Source of the DNA: Eukaryota sp. GEM-RC1
Taxonomy: Eukaryota
Length of the DNA: 64,000 nt
Assembly: GCA_040285855.1 (NCBI GenBank)
Contig: JAUFOQ010000006.1
Span: 558,001 to 622,000, forward strand
Direction of reading: 5' to 3'
The position numbers and the translations under genes are program-made. Below, one piece after another: positions 35,974 to 48,689 of this stretch; the first letter of the stretch is position 1; every line of letters starts with the position of its first letter. The notes beneath the pieces are model-generated. The model did no database searches. It worked only from the letters and a program-made list of their open reading frames with translations, and was not told the DNA's origin.

Positions 35974-36667
35974 CATAGTTCGAAATGCGAACGTGTTATT
36001 CAGTTGCCGTATGGAGTACGGCAGAACACGTGCGAGAATACCGTATTCTTACATAAACACGTGTTGCATTTCTTTTATCATATGGTCCATTACATTAGAA
36101 CATTGTACTGATGCTGTAAATGAGTTTTATGATTTCGAGAACAAACGTAGCTTTTACAAAAAACCATCATCAAAATCTTTGTGGGAAAAAATTGGCTCAC
36201 GAGGTCGTATTCTTCGTAGGTGGCAGCTTCTACTGGTGCTGCCGAGAGAAATTGGATTGTACAATCCATCATTAAAAAGAGAAACACAATAGGATGAAAG
36301 CTTCACTGAATGATTTGGTATTTCTTTACGCCACTCAAACACTGAAACACCAGATTATTCAAATCGCTCAAAAAGATCTTGTGGTCCCCAGAGAAATTGA
36401 TCACCTTATTGCTGAACCTCAAGATGAGGACCATGCCATTCTTGAAGAAGAACCAGAACATCGTATTGTTGTGAATCTCTACCTTAATGAAGAGTTGTAG
36501 TTTTTGTTTCATCAATAGTAATGTATAATATAAAATAGGTGCTGGTTAACAGAAAAGAGTATTAAAAAGAAGAATACGTTGGAATACGGTAAAAAGAAGC
36601 CGCACGTATTCCGCACGTGCGCGTACGGAGTACGTTACCGAAGGTGCCGTACGCATTTCGAACTATG
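35974..36667. mobile_element. hAT-type non-autonomous element
   Basis: 16-bp TIR CATAGTTCGAAATGCG; 8-bp TSD ATGTCTAC. Confidence 0.92.
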
Positions 36668-36987
36668 ATGTCTACCCATTTTGTTATTACAAATTAGCAA
36701 TTTACATGTATGTCATGGCAAACGGAATATCATTAAATATTTCAACAACATGGTTTTTTACAGTTTTGATAGTAAATCAATAGTAAAGCTGCTAATCAAT
36801 ATGGGTGTAATGATGCAATGAATTAGGGCTGTTAATGGATGGATGGATGTGGACGACAATACTTTCATCCATCATCCACGTGGATCAACGAAAACTAATC
36901 CACCGTCCATCCACTGTCATTGATGGATGACTATATAGATTACTTGAAAAAATAATTTAACGATTAATACAGTTCTTTATTTAAAAA

Positions 36988-37142
36988 AACGGGGTTTATG
37001 ATCAATCAGTGAAATAAATGCATTTGCAGAAATTAATAACTAACAGACACTAACTAAAGTATCTAAACTATGATCCTTCTGCCCATCACCGAACAACTTA
37101 CCTAAAACTAAATTAAAATATCTGTGCATTGAACGAAACAAC
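36988..37142 (+). repeat. Dispersed ~150-bp repeat, second copy at about 60507..60660
   Basis: TTTATGATCAATCAGTGAAATAAATGCATTTGC...GTGCATTGAACGAAACAAC shared with few substitutions. Confidence 0.85.
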
Positions 37143-37646
37143 GCAAACATCAATCTACACCAATCGGTTTAAATAGTCTGAATCAGACTATTTCTAGTCC
37201 AGACTAATTCTTTATCCAGACTAATTAAACCGTTTGGTGTACTTAACTCAAAAATTTTTCATTGAAAACTCTACCGTGTTGTATGACAGAGAAGATGGTA
37301 AAGGAGAACTGTTGTCATCGTCACCATCAATGTTAATCATAGTTAGGAAAACAGTATACTAGAACAAGAATGCAAAGAAAAATTGTTCTTTCTTCCAAAT
37401 AGAATCATTTTAGTACTACAGTTGCATTCCATGATCAAATATAACTAACATACATGTAAATACGGTATATACTCTGTAAACCCAAGGAAACTAACTGTAT
37501 TCGGTACCCAAAAAGGCACCCTTCCTAGGGGAATATATATTTGCAAAAACAAGGAAATGTAATGAGTTGTTACTGTACAATAAACAAATTTACAAAAAAA
37601 GATGAAAATAAACAAATCTCCTAGTCCTATCTCGAAAGAAAGAACT

Positions 37647-39728
37647 TTATATCGATGAACTCAAGATAGTGCTGTACATTGTATCAGAAACTGTACTCAC
37701 AAATTCTACCGTTTCAGTACACATGTTGTCCAACCGAAGTAGAAAGGAACTTTCCTTTGTGCATGGAACATGTAGACTATATGACTCAGGAACAGGAACA
37801 TTGATGTCAATAATACCATAACCTATATCCTCTGTATAAGTAAGCCTTCCATTGAGAAAGGTTTCAGTGATTACACAACACTTAGCCAAGGAAGCACCTT
37901 TAGATGATCCTTCTTGACCCTCAGCAGTAGTAGCATCATTAATTCCACCAGAGAAGTCTTGGCAAACAATACGCAGACGTTTTCCATCGTCGTTTGTGTC
38001 ATTCCAGATTGCTGCTCTAATAACAGATCCAGGAGGAGAGAACCTCAACGACATGGTTAGGATCTCAGCTAGAACGTCCATTGCTACAGAAGGCATAATC
38101 ACAACATGACCGATTCTTGATTCTTCGAGCAGTTCCTCAAAAGAAGACGATGAAGAAGAAGACCATGTGTTAGTTAATAATCCAACATCAAGAACAATTG
38201 TGTGGAATGGAATGTTTGGACGTTCTTCAAGAACGACGTTGTTGTTGCAAACGAAGCGAATACACGTGTTACACATTGGATTGGACCTAATAATATTGAA
38301 TGACTTTTGGAAAAACTGACGGAACTTACTAGCATCAACAGAAGACCATTTGCCTGCACATTTCCCTTCACAACTACCAGTGGTACAAGAGTCTAACTTA
38401 CTGGAAAACTCATCGAGGTAATGTCTGATAACAGGCAGAACATTATCCAATATATACTTTAAATGCTTAGTTGATAACTGACAGGGATTTGGAGATTCTT
38501 CCGCTCCATACCTAGCATCTCTTTCAACTACCTCCACCCATCTCCTGAATAGATCCATAAGATCATCCATATTGGGAGAAACGTTCATTCCACGGGCCTC
38601 CTTCAATAGAGCAGTGACTTTGTTGTCAAGATCTCTGCGTGCGGGAGTGTTGACGTCATCTGGAGCCATAGAAATGGTGTTGTTGCAAAGGTTGAATAGT
38701 TGAACAGTAGATTCCAATAGCAATAAGGTTTTTTGAGCTTCAGTTAAAGTTGGCAAATTCCATTGTTCAATCTTTCGGGGATTTGTTTGAAATGCCATTT
38801 CAGAGACATATGTAACAGCAGTATCTAATTCCTCTTGTGAAAAGTCTCCAATTGTTTCAAAGGAATCCGGAATGGACGAAGAACATTCACCTTCACTGAA
38901 CCAACAATGTTTAAGTGCTTGGAAGGAGGAAATTCGGGTTAAAGGGTTCGGATCAAGGCATTTCAACAACAAATCTTTGAGAAATGGGTCTACGGGAGGA
39001 AAATCGATGGAGAAATTGTCAGAAGCATATGCCAACACAATAGAGAAGAGTTCCTGGCGATTTGTAACATTTCCCCAAGGAGATACTCCAAAGGCAAGGA
39101 TGTAGAAGGAAACACCAGCAGCCCACATATCAACAGCAGGGTTATTCATGTCCTCCGAAGATACTCCAGGAGAGAGAAGTTCTGGTGCCATAAATAGAGG
39201 TGTTCCTTGCATCGTAGACTCAATATCATCTTCAATGTATGAAGATATGCCGAAATCACTGAGTACAACACGTTTACCAGCATTTCCAGTAGCACCTGTA
39301 CGAGCAACTAAGATGTTAGAAGGTTTGACATCCTTATGAACAACACCTTGTGAGTGTATATAAGACAATGCTGTGCAAATTTGAAAGAAGATGTCTCTGA
39401 GAGAGCTAAGTCCAAAACTAGTATGCGAGGTTCCAATGTCAGACTCTCGTAACAGCTCCCAGTCACAGAACTCAAGGACAATGAAAAGTTGATTGTTGGA
39501 ATCTTCGATAACATCATACAATTGACGAATGTTAGGATGAGATAGACGTTTAAGAAGAGCAACTTCTTGACGGAATTCGGTGGAAGATACGCGTTTTCTG
39601 TTGTTCATAACTTTGACGGCACATTCTTGTTTGGTATCGTTGTGGATCGCATAGTATACCGATCCGTGGGCTCCGACTCCTAAGAGTCTCACCAAAGTGT
39701 AATTGGGGATTGAGGGTAGAATCGGCAT
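37647..39728 (-). CDS. Ser/Thr protein kinase (copy 2, inverted duplicate of 33803..35875)
   Basis: Same kinase motifs; central region essentially identical to copy 1. Confidence 0.92.
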   Translation of the reverse strand: MPILPSIPNYTLVRLLGVGAHGSVYYAIHNDTKQECAVKVMNNRKRVSSTEFRQEVALLKRLSHPNIRQLYDVIEDSNNQLFIVLEFCDWELLRESDIGTSHTSFGLSSLRDIFFQICTALSYIHSQGVVHKDVKPSNILVARTGATGNAGKRVVLSDFGISSYIEDDIESTMQGTPLFMAPELLSPGVSSEDMNNPAVDMWAAGVSFYILAFGVSPWGNVTNRQELFSIVLAYASDNFSIDFPPVDPFLKDLLLKCLDPNPLTRISSFQALKHCWFSEGECSSSIPDSFETIGDFSQEELDTAVTYVSEMAFQTNPRKIEQWNLPTLTEAQKTLLLLESTVQLFNLCNNTISMAPDDVNTPARRDLDNKVTALLKEARGMNVSPNMDDLMDLFRRWVEVVERDARYGAEESPNPCQLSTKHLKYILDNVLPVIRHYLDEFSSKLDSCTTGSCEGKCAGKWSSVDASKFRQFFQKSFNIIRSNPMCNTCIRFVCNNNVVLEERPNIPFHTIVLDVGLLTNTWSSSSSSSFEELLEESRIGHVVIMPSVAMDVLAEILTMSLRFSPPGSVIRAAIWNDTNDDGKRLRIVCQDFSGGINDATTAEGQEGSSKGASLAKCCVITETFLNGRLTYTEDIGYGIIDINVPVPESYSLHVPCTKESSFLLRLDNMCTETVEFVSTVSDTMYSTILSSSI

Positions 39729-39941
39729 TGAGGAAATCAAAACTGACTCTGACCTTCATGTTAGGATTTTTGACTAGGAATGCAGAAACACGTGTTTGAC
39801 CAATTTTCTACTTGTTTGTGTCACTAGATCTGTCACTACAGGGAGATGTCACAATATCAAGGAAAGCAATTGGTTGCGCTGATGAAGTAGGTGGTCGCAG
39901 GAATATGTGAAGAGACGTTAGGGAGTATTGGGTTGCGGGTT

Positions 39942-40052
39942 GAGAGGAACCCTTGTATCAGACAATTGGTTTAAGCGGTTCTCTGAAACGGCATTGCTGC
40001 GAAGCTACGTTTGTTAGATTATAACTGAACGCCTCTAAGTTGGTATCCAGCC
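39942..40052 (+). rRNA. Isolated fragment of eukaryotic LSU (28S) rRNA 3' domain
   Basis: GAGAGGAACC (3' half of sarcin-ricin loop)...ATTGG...GGCATTGC.GCGAAGCTAC...CTGAACGCCTCTAAG; no other rDNA nearby. Confidence 0.8.
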
Positions 40053-41013
40053 AAGAACGATCCACAGGATCCTTTCCCATTTAACGAGGGAACGGACCTG
40101 GTGCTGAAAGACAGTTCTAAGCTCAGTTCGTAAATACAGCTTTTTCTACTTTTTTCTATACTGTATTGTGTAATGTTTGGACATTGTTTTTAATATACAA
40201 GTTTATAAATGTACGGGCATTTCCAAGTATTAAAGGTGTTTCATCCCTGAAGAAGACCTCAGATAAATGCTAGTAATCAAAAGAACTTACCAATTGTTGT
40301 TCAATCACACTAAGAAGCAGAATTACTAAGGAAAACAAAATTTGCAGCCCCGTTTACGAACAGAATCTTTTATGTGCTAGATCCCTTTGAATTGTTCGTA
40401 CAACTTTTGTGTGGATTTGTATCTCAGAAGTTTTGTGTTCAGAACATTATCTCAATATTTGCAAGCAGCAATAGACAGGTTCAAATGGAAATATCGAATA
40501 ATAGACCTCGAAACAGACTGCGGATTCAGAAGAAATTGAGTGAGTTAATTGATTGATTGATTGATTGAGTGAGTGAGTTAATGATTGATTGATGTGATAC
40601 TGTGTTCATTGATCAAGGCAAAAATTGAACCAAACTGTCTGCTGAAACAACAAAATCTTTCCTACAGCACATATATACAAATACATTATTTGAAATAATT
40701 ACAAACAAAGAAAAACAAAGTTGTTTAATCTCAGTCTGTCAGAACTGGTCCTCGCTTAAACTGATTTGTAGTTCTCAGCTGTAATACTAGCGTTTCTTCA
40801 GTAGAATTAGATCAACTTTAACACGTTCTAGAAACAATTGAATTTTCTCTATTTACGCAAGACACGGCCACACTGCCACACCTTGTGTCTGCTTTGGACG
40901 TTTTTGTATTATGTGTTTTCATCCATGCTTTTTAACTTAAAGACAAAAGTCCTCTAAATTGCAAATTACTTTGTCAATCCATTCAAAATATGTTCATAAC
41001 ACATACTATTAAT

Positions 41014-41572
41014 CATAGTTGTGAATCACACAAATTTGACTTTGTGAATTTGTGAGTCGCATCAATCACATCACAATCAATTTTTGTGATATTTGTGATT
41101 TAACATCACAATGATTGAACAAAATATATTCTGGAAAGTTAATGAGATGTAACAACTGAAGTAGGCGTCTTGTTCTTACGCATAATTGGGAAGAACTTTC
41201 GATGTTTATTAGTAGGGTCCGATAGTATTCCACATCCGATCTTTGAATAATAAAATCTTCACTATGTTGACTTTCCAGATGGGCTATCAGATTTCGTAAC
41301 TCTCCAATCGTAACCTAAAAGCCGTTCCTAAAGGAAGTTTGCGGATGAAAGCTAGTTATGTTCTTCCATGGAGTCTAAGATAGATGGGGAGTATTAAGAT
41401 ATATTTTTTAAAAAAACAAACATACAATAATTGCTTCTTCAGAACCGAATTCTTGTACTTAACATTGTTTATGATTGTAATAAACACAAGGTAATGTAAA
41501 ATCTAAAAAATTACATGTCACATTAATCACATCACAAAATCACATCACAAACATTTGTGATTCGCAACTATA
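41014..41572. mobile_element. hAT-type MITE
   Basis: TIR (C/T)ATAGTTG(T/C)GAATCACA; 8-bp TSD CTATTAAT; inserted in an older repeat homologous to about 29250-29395 (inverted). Confidence 0.88.
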
Positions 41573-42263
41573 CTATTAATGCTTCTGCGATTCATTCTTA
41601 TGGCGTTTATTAATATCTCACAATGCGTCAGGTGTGACACATGGATAATGAATGTGCCTCATTGTGTTTGCGTACCCTGGAATTTACACATCGTGGTAAT
41701 CCAAGTATGATGACTGATTTTGGAATACCATGGGTCAATGATTCTGTATTGATGATCCTTGAACAAACGACCAAAACCGATTTAAATGTTTCAATCTTGG
41801 GAGGACTCCTTCGGAAGCTGTCCACGACTTATTTGAGTCAAGATGAGAAAACTAACAGCCATCGGTTAATTTACACTGCACGGGTCTAATAAAAATCCTA
41901 CCGATTACGTTTATTATGTTTATTAGTTTGGACTGAACAAACAATTCACCAAAAACTCCATTTTGGTTAGACAACAATGACAACATAAGCATATTGATCA
42001 TTTATTCATCAACACGGCATCAAAGCCTTCCAAACAGCTCCTGTCCTTTTCGCCAGTGACTTGGTTCACATCAAAAAAGCAACTTCACATTATCTAATTA
42101 CCAAGCAACGGCGTAAACAATCCTATTTGATGTGCTACGCAATAGTAGCTACAAAAGACTTAGAAGTATTCGGTAGATACCGATGAGGTTCAAATGGAAA
42201 CACATTCCCAAACAGATTTTGCTTCGTTTCGAACAAAAGACTGAGAAAATGTATTAACGTTAA

Positions 42264-42619
42264 CTAACAAGAGAAGTACACCTTCCAAGATGTAGAAGAA
42301 ACCGTGGTAACCGAGCATCCACATCCATCACACTTGACGCCATTCTGACCAAACGCTACAGATGCTGTCTTCAAATTTCCGATATATGTTAGGGAAGAAT
42401 AGGTTCCAGTGTTGGCGGCGTTACTCCACGTTCCAGGAAAAATTGTTTTTGCAGGACGATTCTCCCAAACACCTGTAATCAATAAGTCTCACATGATGTA
42501 CCTGTAGTTGTGAATTGTTTGTAGTTCATTGGGTAAATTGAACGGTTGTGTACTTGCACTTGATAAACAGTACATTGAGAGAGTACAAGAAGACTCAGAA
42601 GAACAAGAAGAAGACGCAT
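42264..42619 (-). CDS. Small secreted Cys-containing protein of unknown family; 29-nt intron 42473..42501
   Basis: Signal peptide MRLLLVLLSLLVLSQC; splicing gives an open frame ending ...CDGCGCSVTTVSSTSWKVYFSC*; paralog at 818. Confidence 0.75.
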
Positions 42620-43547
42620 GATGGAAGGAAAACTTGGAAACTCATTTCTCGGTCAGTCAATTGACTTTTTCTGTTAAGTTGAGTGATTGCTCTGGTAGAT
42701 GTTGACACACACCTGAAAACGTCGACAACATTCGTTTCTTTGGGAGGCCATCCCCAATAGGATAAAACCACTTCATTAACAACTGAACTGAGTTCCATCA
42801 AGATATCAACCAATGTGGAGCATTTTATTGACAGACTACGCGTATGCGTAGTGTTGTAGTTTTACCTAAATCAGAACAAAAATCGTGGAACGGCAGCTTT
42901 GGTGATTTCTTCTGTGGTCTATTTCAGTTCAATTTTGGGCAGTACGTATTCTTTGTTGTCATATTTTAGTTGTTACACTTTGAATTTTTGAAATGATTTC
43001 AGAAAAATCGTCAAAAATCGCATGTACAACGCTTTGATCATACATAATGGTTGAATTGTATAGTGTTTACTGTTTTTAAATCAAGTATTTTAATCGTCTC
43101 CAAAGCTTTACTAGCTGTGAGTTCCTGTAATGAGGACATACCTGTGAACGTTTTGATAGCGACGGATGTTGTTTTAATGATTGCACATCTTAGTTCCTGT
43201 AGTATATTACTTTTTGGAATACAAAGAGTATTTTTGTTTTTGCACTTACTGGTAACTAAATACACTGAACACAACAAATATTTGTCAAAAATTGAACCAT
43301 TTCTAAAATACTGTCGTGAAGTAACTGCTCTAACCTTAAACCACCCTTTAACAAATAGCAAACTCCTTTGTAGTGTGATCCATGTAACAGGTAAGAAAGA
43401 AAATAAACAGAAATACAATCTTTATGTGGCAAATTTGAGACAAAGACTATAAATCCAAAGATTTTTGGACAATAAGTAAAGATAAAAAATCTCACAAATT
43501 TAAGATTCGAAAATCAATGGATGGATGTATGGAAAAGAATTGAAAAC

Positions 43548-46500
43548 TTAATTCTCAGAAATTTTCAAAATACTCCACAAATGCCTGCAATTCATTGCTT
43601 CAGCTCTCACCATCCTATTACAGTCATCTAGTAAGGGAACAAGTGCCTGAATGACACTCTTTTTGTGTTTCAGTAACAATACTGGTGACAATGACTTCAC
43701 ACAAAAAGACAGACATTGTACAAATCTAAATCGAACAACTGAAGAATTGGAAAAACAACTTGTTTCATGAGCGGTTGTAATAGAAAAATAGAAGATTTGG
43801 CCAAATGATTTAACCATGACGTTTTCAATTAATTTGTTAATAAACATCTTTAGATCATCTGATAGATTGTAAATACTGGAAATTATTTCGACACAAATAG
43901 ATTGTCCTATAACACTATCTGAATCACGAGGTACAGCCTGGTTTGACGATCCAAAAGTTTTTGCAATTAAAATAGGCAAAACATTTAAAAATTTAGAAGA
44001 ATGGATAGACGGCGACACACCATTCTGGACAGCACAAGTCAAAAGTCCAAATAGATGATTTAACTGCGTACAGCTATCTGATTTGTTAGAAATAATTGAT
44101 TCGCAAACTTTCATTATGAACGAGTTGCGAATAATAGTTTTCATCATGTCACCTCCAAATTTGGAGACGTAACCAATCAACGATGGCAGGCAGGGGTTTT
44201 TAACTGCCATTGATTCGTTGATTACTTTCCGTGCTAAACTTCTAATGGAAGGTGTGATATCTGATTGATTTTTGTGTGAGAAACCCAAAAGTAGTGAGTA
44301 GACAACAAAAATATTGGTAGTATTTGAAAACTGTTCGAAATTTTGAATAGCAGATGAAATGTAACTAGTTAGAGCTGATGCTTGGACATCATTAGAAATT
44401 GTTGCTAGCTTTGAAATAATTGATAAATACGGAATTATTTCAAAAAAATCATGTTCAAATGATCTAAAGTAATTAGAATAAAAATTCAAATAATTCTGGA
44501 TATTTTGAGTCTCAATGTGATACGTGACCTCTGCTAGGATGGCATTAAACAGATCAGAAGCAGGCAACCACGGAAGTAATAAATCAATAATTTTAATCAC
44601 ATGTAAGTTCTTCAAATTTGTTAAATATTTGGACACACTGTGACAGAATGACACCGATACATCACAATGTTCGGAATTATCCACAAAGCACTGTAAAACT
44701 TCAAATATCAACCCACATTCATTCTGGTTAGCTAGGGTTTCAACAATTTTTAATAATTCTGAACAAGAGTCTTCGGAAATCTGGAACGACTTCCGTTGAC
44801 CAAACACACATAAACACTCAGTAATAGCAGTAACCAACCAATCAAGATTTCCATCAAATGCCAAGGATAAAAATGAAGAATAGATATTTAAAATATTGGG
44901 AGAAAAACACGCGACAGTGAACAAATGTCGTTTGATTAAGTCAATATTGTACTGGTCTGCCGTTGTACTCATCTGAACCCCTGACAGAAATTCACATGAA
45001 ATATTGAAAAACTCGGAAATATTTGGTTCAAAATATTGTAATTTTGCCAAAACACAACATGTAGTAATCGCTGCAAACTTAATTCCATGATCATCATTAT
45101 TGAAGTTACAAGATAATGTATTCATAAAGTAAGCGAATTTCTGCCGGCAAAGATCCATCACATCATGATTTGATTGGAAAGAAAACAACAAACCAATGAG
45201 AGACAGACCGGAAATCTTTCCCATTCTGGAGACTTTCCCTTTCTGAGCATTGGTATCGTCATCACTCAAAAGTGATTCGGTCAAATAAAACAACGGTCGT
45301 GTATACGTTTTACTGATTAGACCAGCAGTGTTTTCAATCAAATCAATAGAAAACTGATGACCCTCAATGATCCCTTTTAGCACGAAAACGGCAAGTATAG
45401 CACAATCAGTTCGCGTTGTATGTGGCAAGTCTTCAACCCCGCCAGAATCAACATCCCCTAAACAAGAAAGTATCACATGAAGAACTGAATCAACAGAGCT
45501 CATCAACACGTCATCAATTCCAATCACATCACGATTAGAGAAGGTCTGCTTAATACAATTCCTATAACAATCTCTTAAAACAGCTCCTGCCTCTTCTTTT
45601 TCAGAGCTAATGGCCAAACCTACTCCTTCTAAAGTGTTTCTACAGCAGACAGAGAGAAAGCTGTGGTAAAGCCGTTGGAGAACCTTTGGGAAGGATTGTA
45701 GTTTTGTAGTAATGTCATTTAAAAAAATCTGAAACTTTTAAAATAGTGGGAATGGAGGTTCGTTTCATTAAAGTACTAATCAGTGAGGAATTATCACTTT
45801 TTGATTGGCTAAGTGACGCAACCTTTCTCTCGTAAACAGAAGGTTGATAATCAGCAATCAATTTTAATAACTGCAAGGAATCATTAAGTGAAATTTCCTC
45901 TTCTTCAGAGGAAAACACTTCAATGGCAAATGGAAAGCTATGTATAGCAAGATCATAAGAACACGACAATGCTTTTAAAAGAGATTCTCTTAAGGAGCTA
46001 TGAGTGATACCTTGAGAGGCAAGATCTTTCGGAGGTTGATAAGTGAGTGGGAAGTATGACGTCAGCAGCTCAAAAAGAGACATGACATGAAGTTGAGGGA
46101 CAGATGGAAGTATGGGATCAAGATTGGATATTAGAGAGAACAGAGGAGAGAGACAACGAGGATCAGTCTCATGAGCGAAGTAAGAAACTAGAAGAGAAGA
46201 GATGGTTGTTGGTTCAACATCATTGAGAGATTTGGAGATGATCGAATCAATGAAAGTTAAAAAGGAAGCTCTACAAGGAGCAGGTAACTTAGAGATGGGT
46301 AGATCTGATAGTAGAAGTGAGTCGAGGGAATGAATGAAGGAAGAATCGAAAGAGAAAAGAGCAGGGAAAAGAGAAAGAATTGCTGTAGCTTGGCTGAGTA
46401 CTCTTAGATTTGTTTTGTCAGTGGGATCAAGAGAAAGAACAGAGATTGTGGCTGATAGGACATCATTGTAGTTAGCAGATGGAAGTTTAACAGCTTGTGG

Positions 46501-46710
46501 TGGCTTTGAAGTTTGATGAAGATAGAGGATCAGTAGAGAAAGGCAACGGTGAAGTTGATCGATATTATGTGTTTGTTTTGCAGTGATAATTGAGGTGGAG
46601 AGAGTTTGAAGAAAATCAGCTACTGAAGATGAATCAGAAACAACATTGAGGAAAAGATGGTGATTCTCAGACGACAAAATATCTGTCTCGGTATTGAATA
46701 AAGAATCCAT
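43548..46710 (-). CDS. MMS19: MMS19/MET18 cytosolic Fe-S assembly targeting factor (HEAT repeats), split near 45720
   Basis: ETDPRCL..LF and YFPLTY match the MMS19 N-terminal motifs; C-terminal LDDCNRMVRAEA..CR..W; joined by a 1-nt T-run correction or a 52-nt intron. Confidence 0.78.
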
Positions 46711-46775
46711 GGAAAAGCGAGACTACAATGAAGCAACAATGAAGAAGTCAGAAGTCAAAAACTTCCCTTCAAAAC

Positions 46776-47597
46776 ATGTCTTCTCTTGTAGATGTTTCTC
46801 ACACTGGTGTTGACTTTGATGTAGCTCTTCGTTCAGCCTTCGATTACCATCCCGTTGAAATTACTGATGTACCCTCCAGAGCCCGAGACATTACTCAAAT
46901 GCTGATCAACAAACTATTTTCTCTACCTGCATGCATCAATCAAGAAGACGTTGGTAAAATAGTGGACCTCCCAAAACCTACACATCCTCTTCCTCGTGCT
47001 AAACCCATTCCTACACCAAAACCTCCCACTAAATGGGAAGAATTCTCCAAGAAAAAGGGAATCATGAAACACAAACGTTTGTCGTTCTACCATTTATTCA
47101 TTTAAGGAGATCGTATGATCGTTGATGAAGTTACGCAAGAACTCCGTCCCCGCTTTGGGTATAAGCGTGCTGGAACTCTCAATGAAGTTCCATTTGTTGA
47201 AGCCAAACCAACAGATCTTCCCGGCAGTGATCCGTTCACTGAAGCTGAAACTGGCAAGAAAGAGAGAGTGAAAAAGAATTTAAAGAACAAAATGAACAAC
47301 GAGCAGCGTAATCTAACTGCTGGAGACAAACGTAGAATCGCATTGGGTTCTTCCATCAAACTGACTTCAATTGCAACTGCATCTATGGGTAAGTTTAACA
47401 AAACTAAAAAGGGTGAACCTCAGTATAAGAGGAAGAATAACGGGGAAACAGCTGAGGCTAACACTGTCTCTCTTGAGGAAAAACAAAGAGATAAGAAGGT
47501 CCTGGGTCGTATCTTGTCAAAGAAGCCTGCTGTGGATAAAGAACGTGCTGGTAATCTACATACTGAGAAGACCAATCGATCAAAACGACGATCCTAA
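46776..47597 (+). CDS. RRS1: Ribosome biogenesis regulatory protein RRS1; 30-nt intron 47077..47106
   Basis: ARDITQMLINKLF, LPRAKPIP..KPPTKWEEF.KKKGI, PRFGYK, ATASMGKF. Confidence 0.92.
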
Positions 47598-47788
47598 GTA
47601 TTTAATTTGATTTAGTTTTCTAGTCTTTTTTTTTCATTTTGTCTTCAGATTGTTATCAGTTCCTGAGATAAACAATCTTTTTGTCTTTAGCAGTGAAGTA
47701 GAGTGGATTATCAGAATGAAAGAACTAGAAAAATGTTTCATTGTTGCTTTTCTTGTACACACACTCCTCAAAACTTTGCTTCCTCCAA

Positions 47789-48586
47789 ATGTCATTTGCT
47801 GAATCTGACACTTATTCCCCTTCAAATATCAAATATCACAATGCCAAGATCGATACACATTTCAAGCTTGAAACTTCTCGATTTCCAGACAACCAAGATG
47901 GTGTTCTTAAAGTAACAGCTCAGTCGTTCCCCAACCATCTTGCTCAGTCAATCTTTCGCCTCTTCGTTAATCCTCAACGTGATTCTGTGCAGCTTACAGC
48001 TGTATCCAGCGCCATACAAAACCTAGTGTCAGCAGTTGAACTCTTTAAGCAGCAAAGCGATACTCCTTTCTATCAACTGAATGAACTAGGATCCTTTGAT
48101 GCTGGTTCTGATTATATCCCGGCAGTTGAAGGTCATGATCGCATACACGTTCCAAAACCGCTAGCATTCATGTCTATAACACTTAGTCGCAAAAAGCCAG
48201 AAGGAGAAATCCAGGAACCATCAGATCATCAAGAACGTAATCCAATTCGATCTGCTGACTTCTTTATGGATCGACAACATGACCGATCCTTCCGAGGTGG
48301 ACGACGTAGTTTCAGACCACGTGGAGGATTCCGGTCGCGTGGGGGTTTAGGTCACGTGGAGGATTCCGGGGGAGAGGTGAACGCTTTCAACGCCGTGGAG
48401 GATTTGGTGGAAGAAGGGGTTTTAATGGTGAAAGGGGATCCGGACGCCGTTTTAGTTTTAGTAGTGATAGAGGTTCCGAACGTGGTTTCCAGTAGCGAAA
48501 GGGGATCTAGACGTGGATTTGGTGGAAGAGGACGTGGTCGACGTCCTCAACGTGGCTCCAGGCCTTTTCCTACTCCCGAGTTCTAA
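47789..48586 (+). CDS. Alba-domain (Rpp25-like) nucleic-acid-binding protein with RGG tail
   Basis: VQLTAVSSAIQNLVSAVELFK and MSITLSR Alba motifs; RGG-rich tail with probable compensating indels. Confidence 0.7.
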   Translation: MSFAESDTYSPSNIKYHNAKIDTHFKLETSRFPDNQDGVLKVTAQSFPNHLAQSIFRLFVNPQRDSVQLTAVSSAIQNLVSAVELFKQQSDTPFYQLNELGSFDAGSDYIPAVEGHDRIHVPKPLAFMSITLSRKKPEGEIQEPSDHQERNPIRSADFFMDRQHDRSFRGGRRSFRPRGGFRSRGGLGHVEDSGGEVNAFNAVEDLVEEGVLMVKGDPDAVLVLVVIEVPNVVSSSERGSRRGFGGRGRGRRPQRGSRPFPTPEF

Positions 48587-48689
48587 TGTGAGTCCTAATG
48601 TCTGTTGTCTCACTCAATGTCCTATGTATTTGAGTAATAAAACCCATCTAGATGATTCCTTCTATTTATTTCAAAAATATGAAATATAT

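Noticed and set aside
37070..37082. 18S rRNA 3' end (TGATCCTTCTGC, also at about 60590)
   Set aside because: Only a 12-nt match; the flanking sequence does not follow SSU rRNA
43038..43495. Overlapping 79-133 aa ORFs on both strands
   Set aside because: No recognisable motif and non-ATG starts; insufficient support
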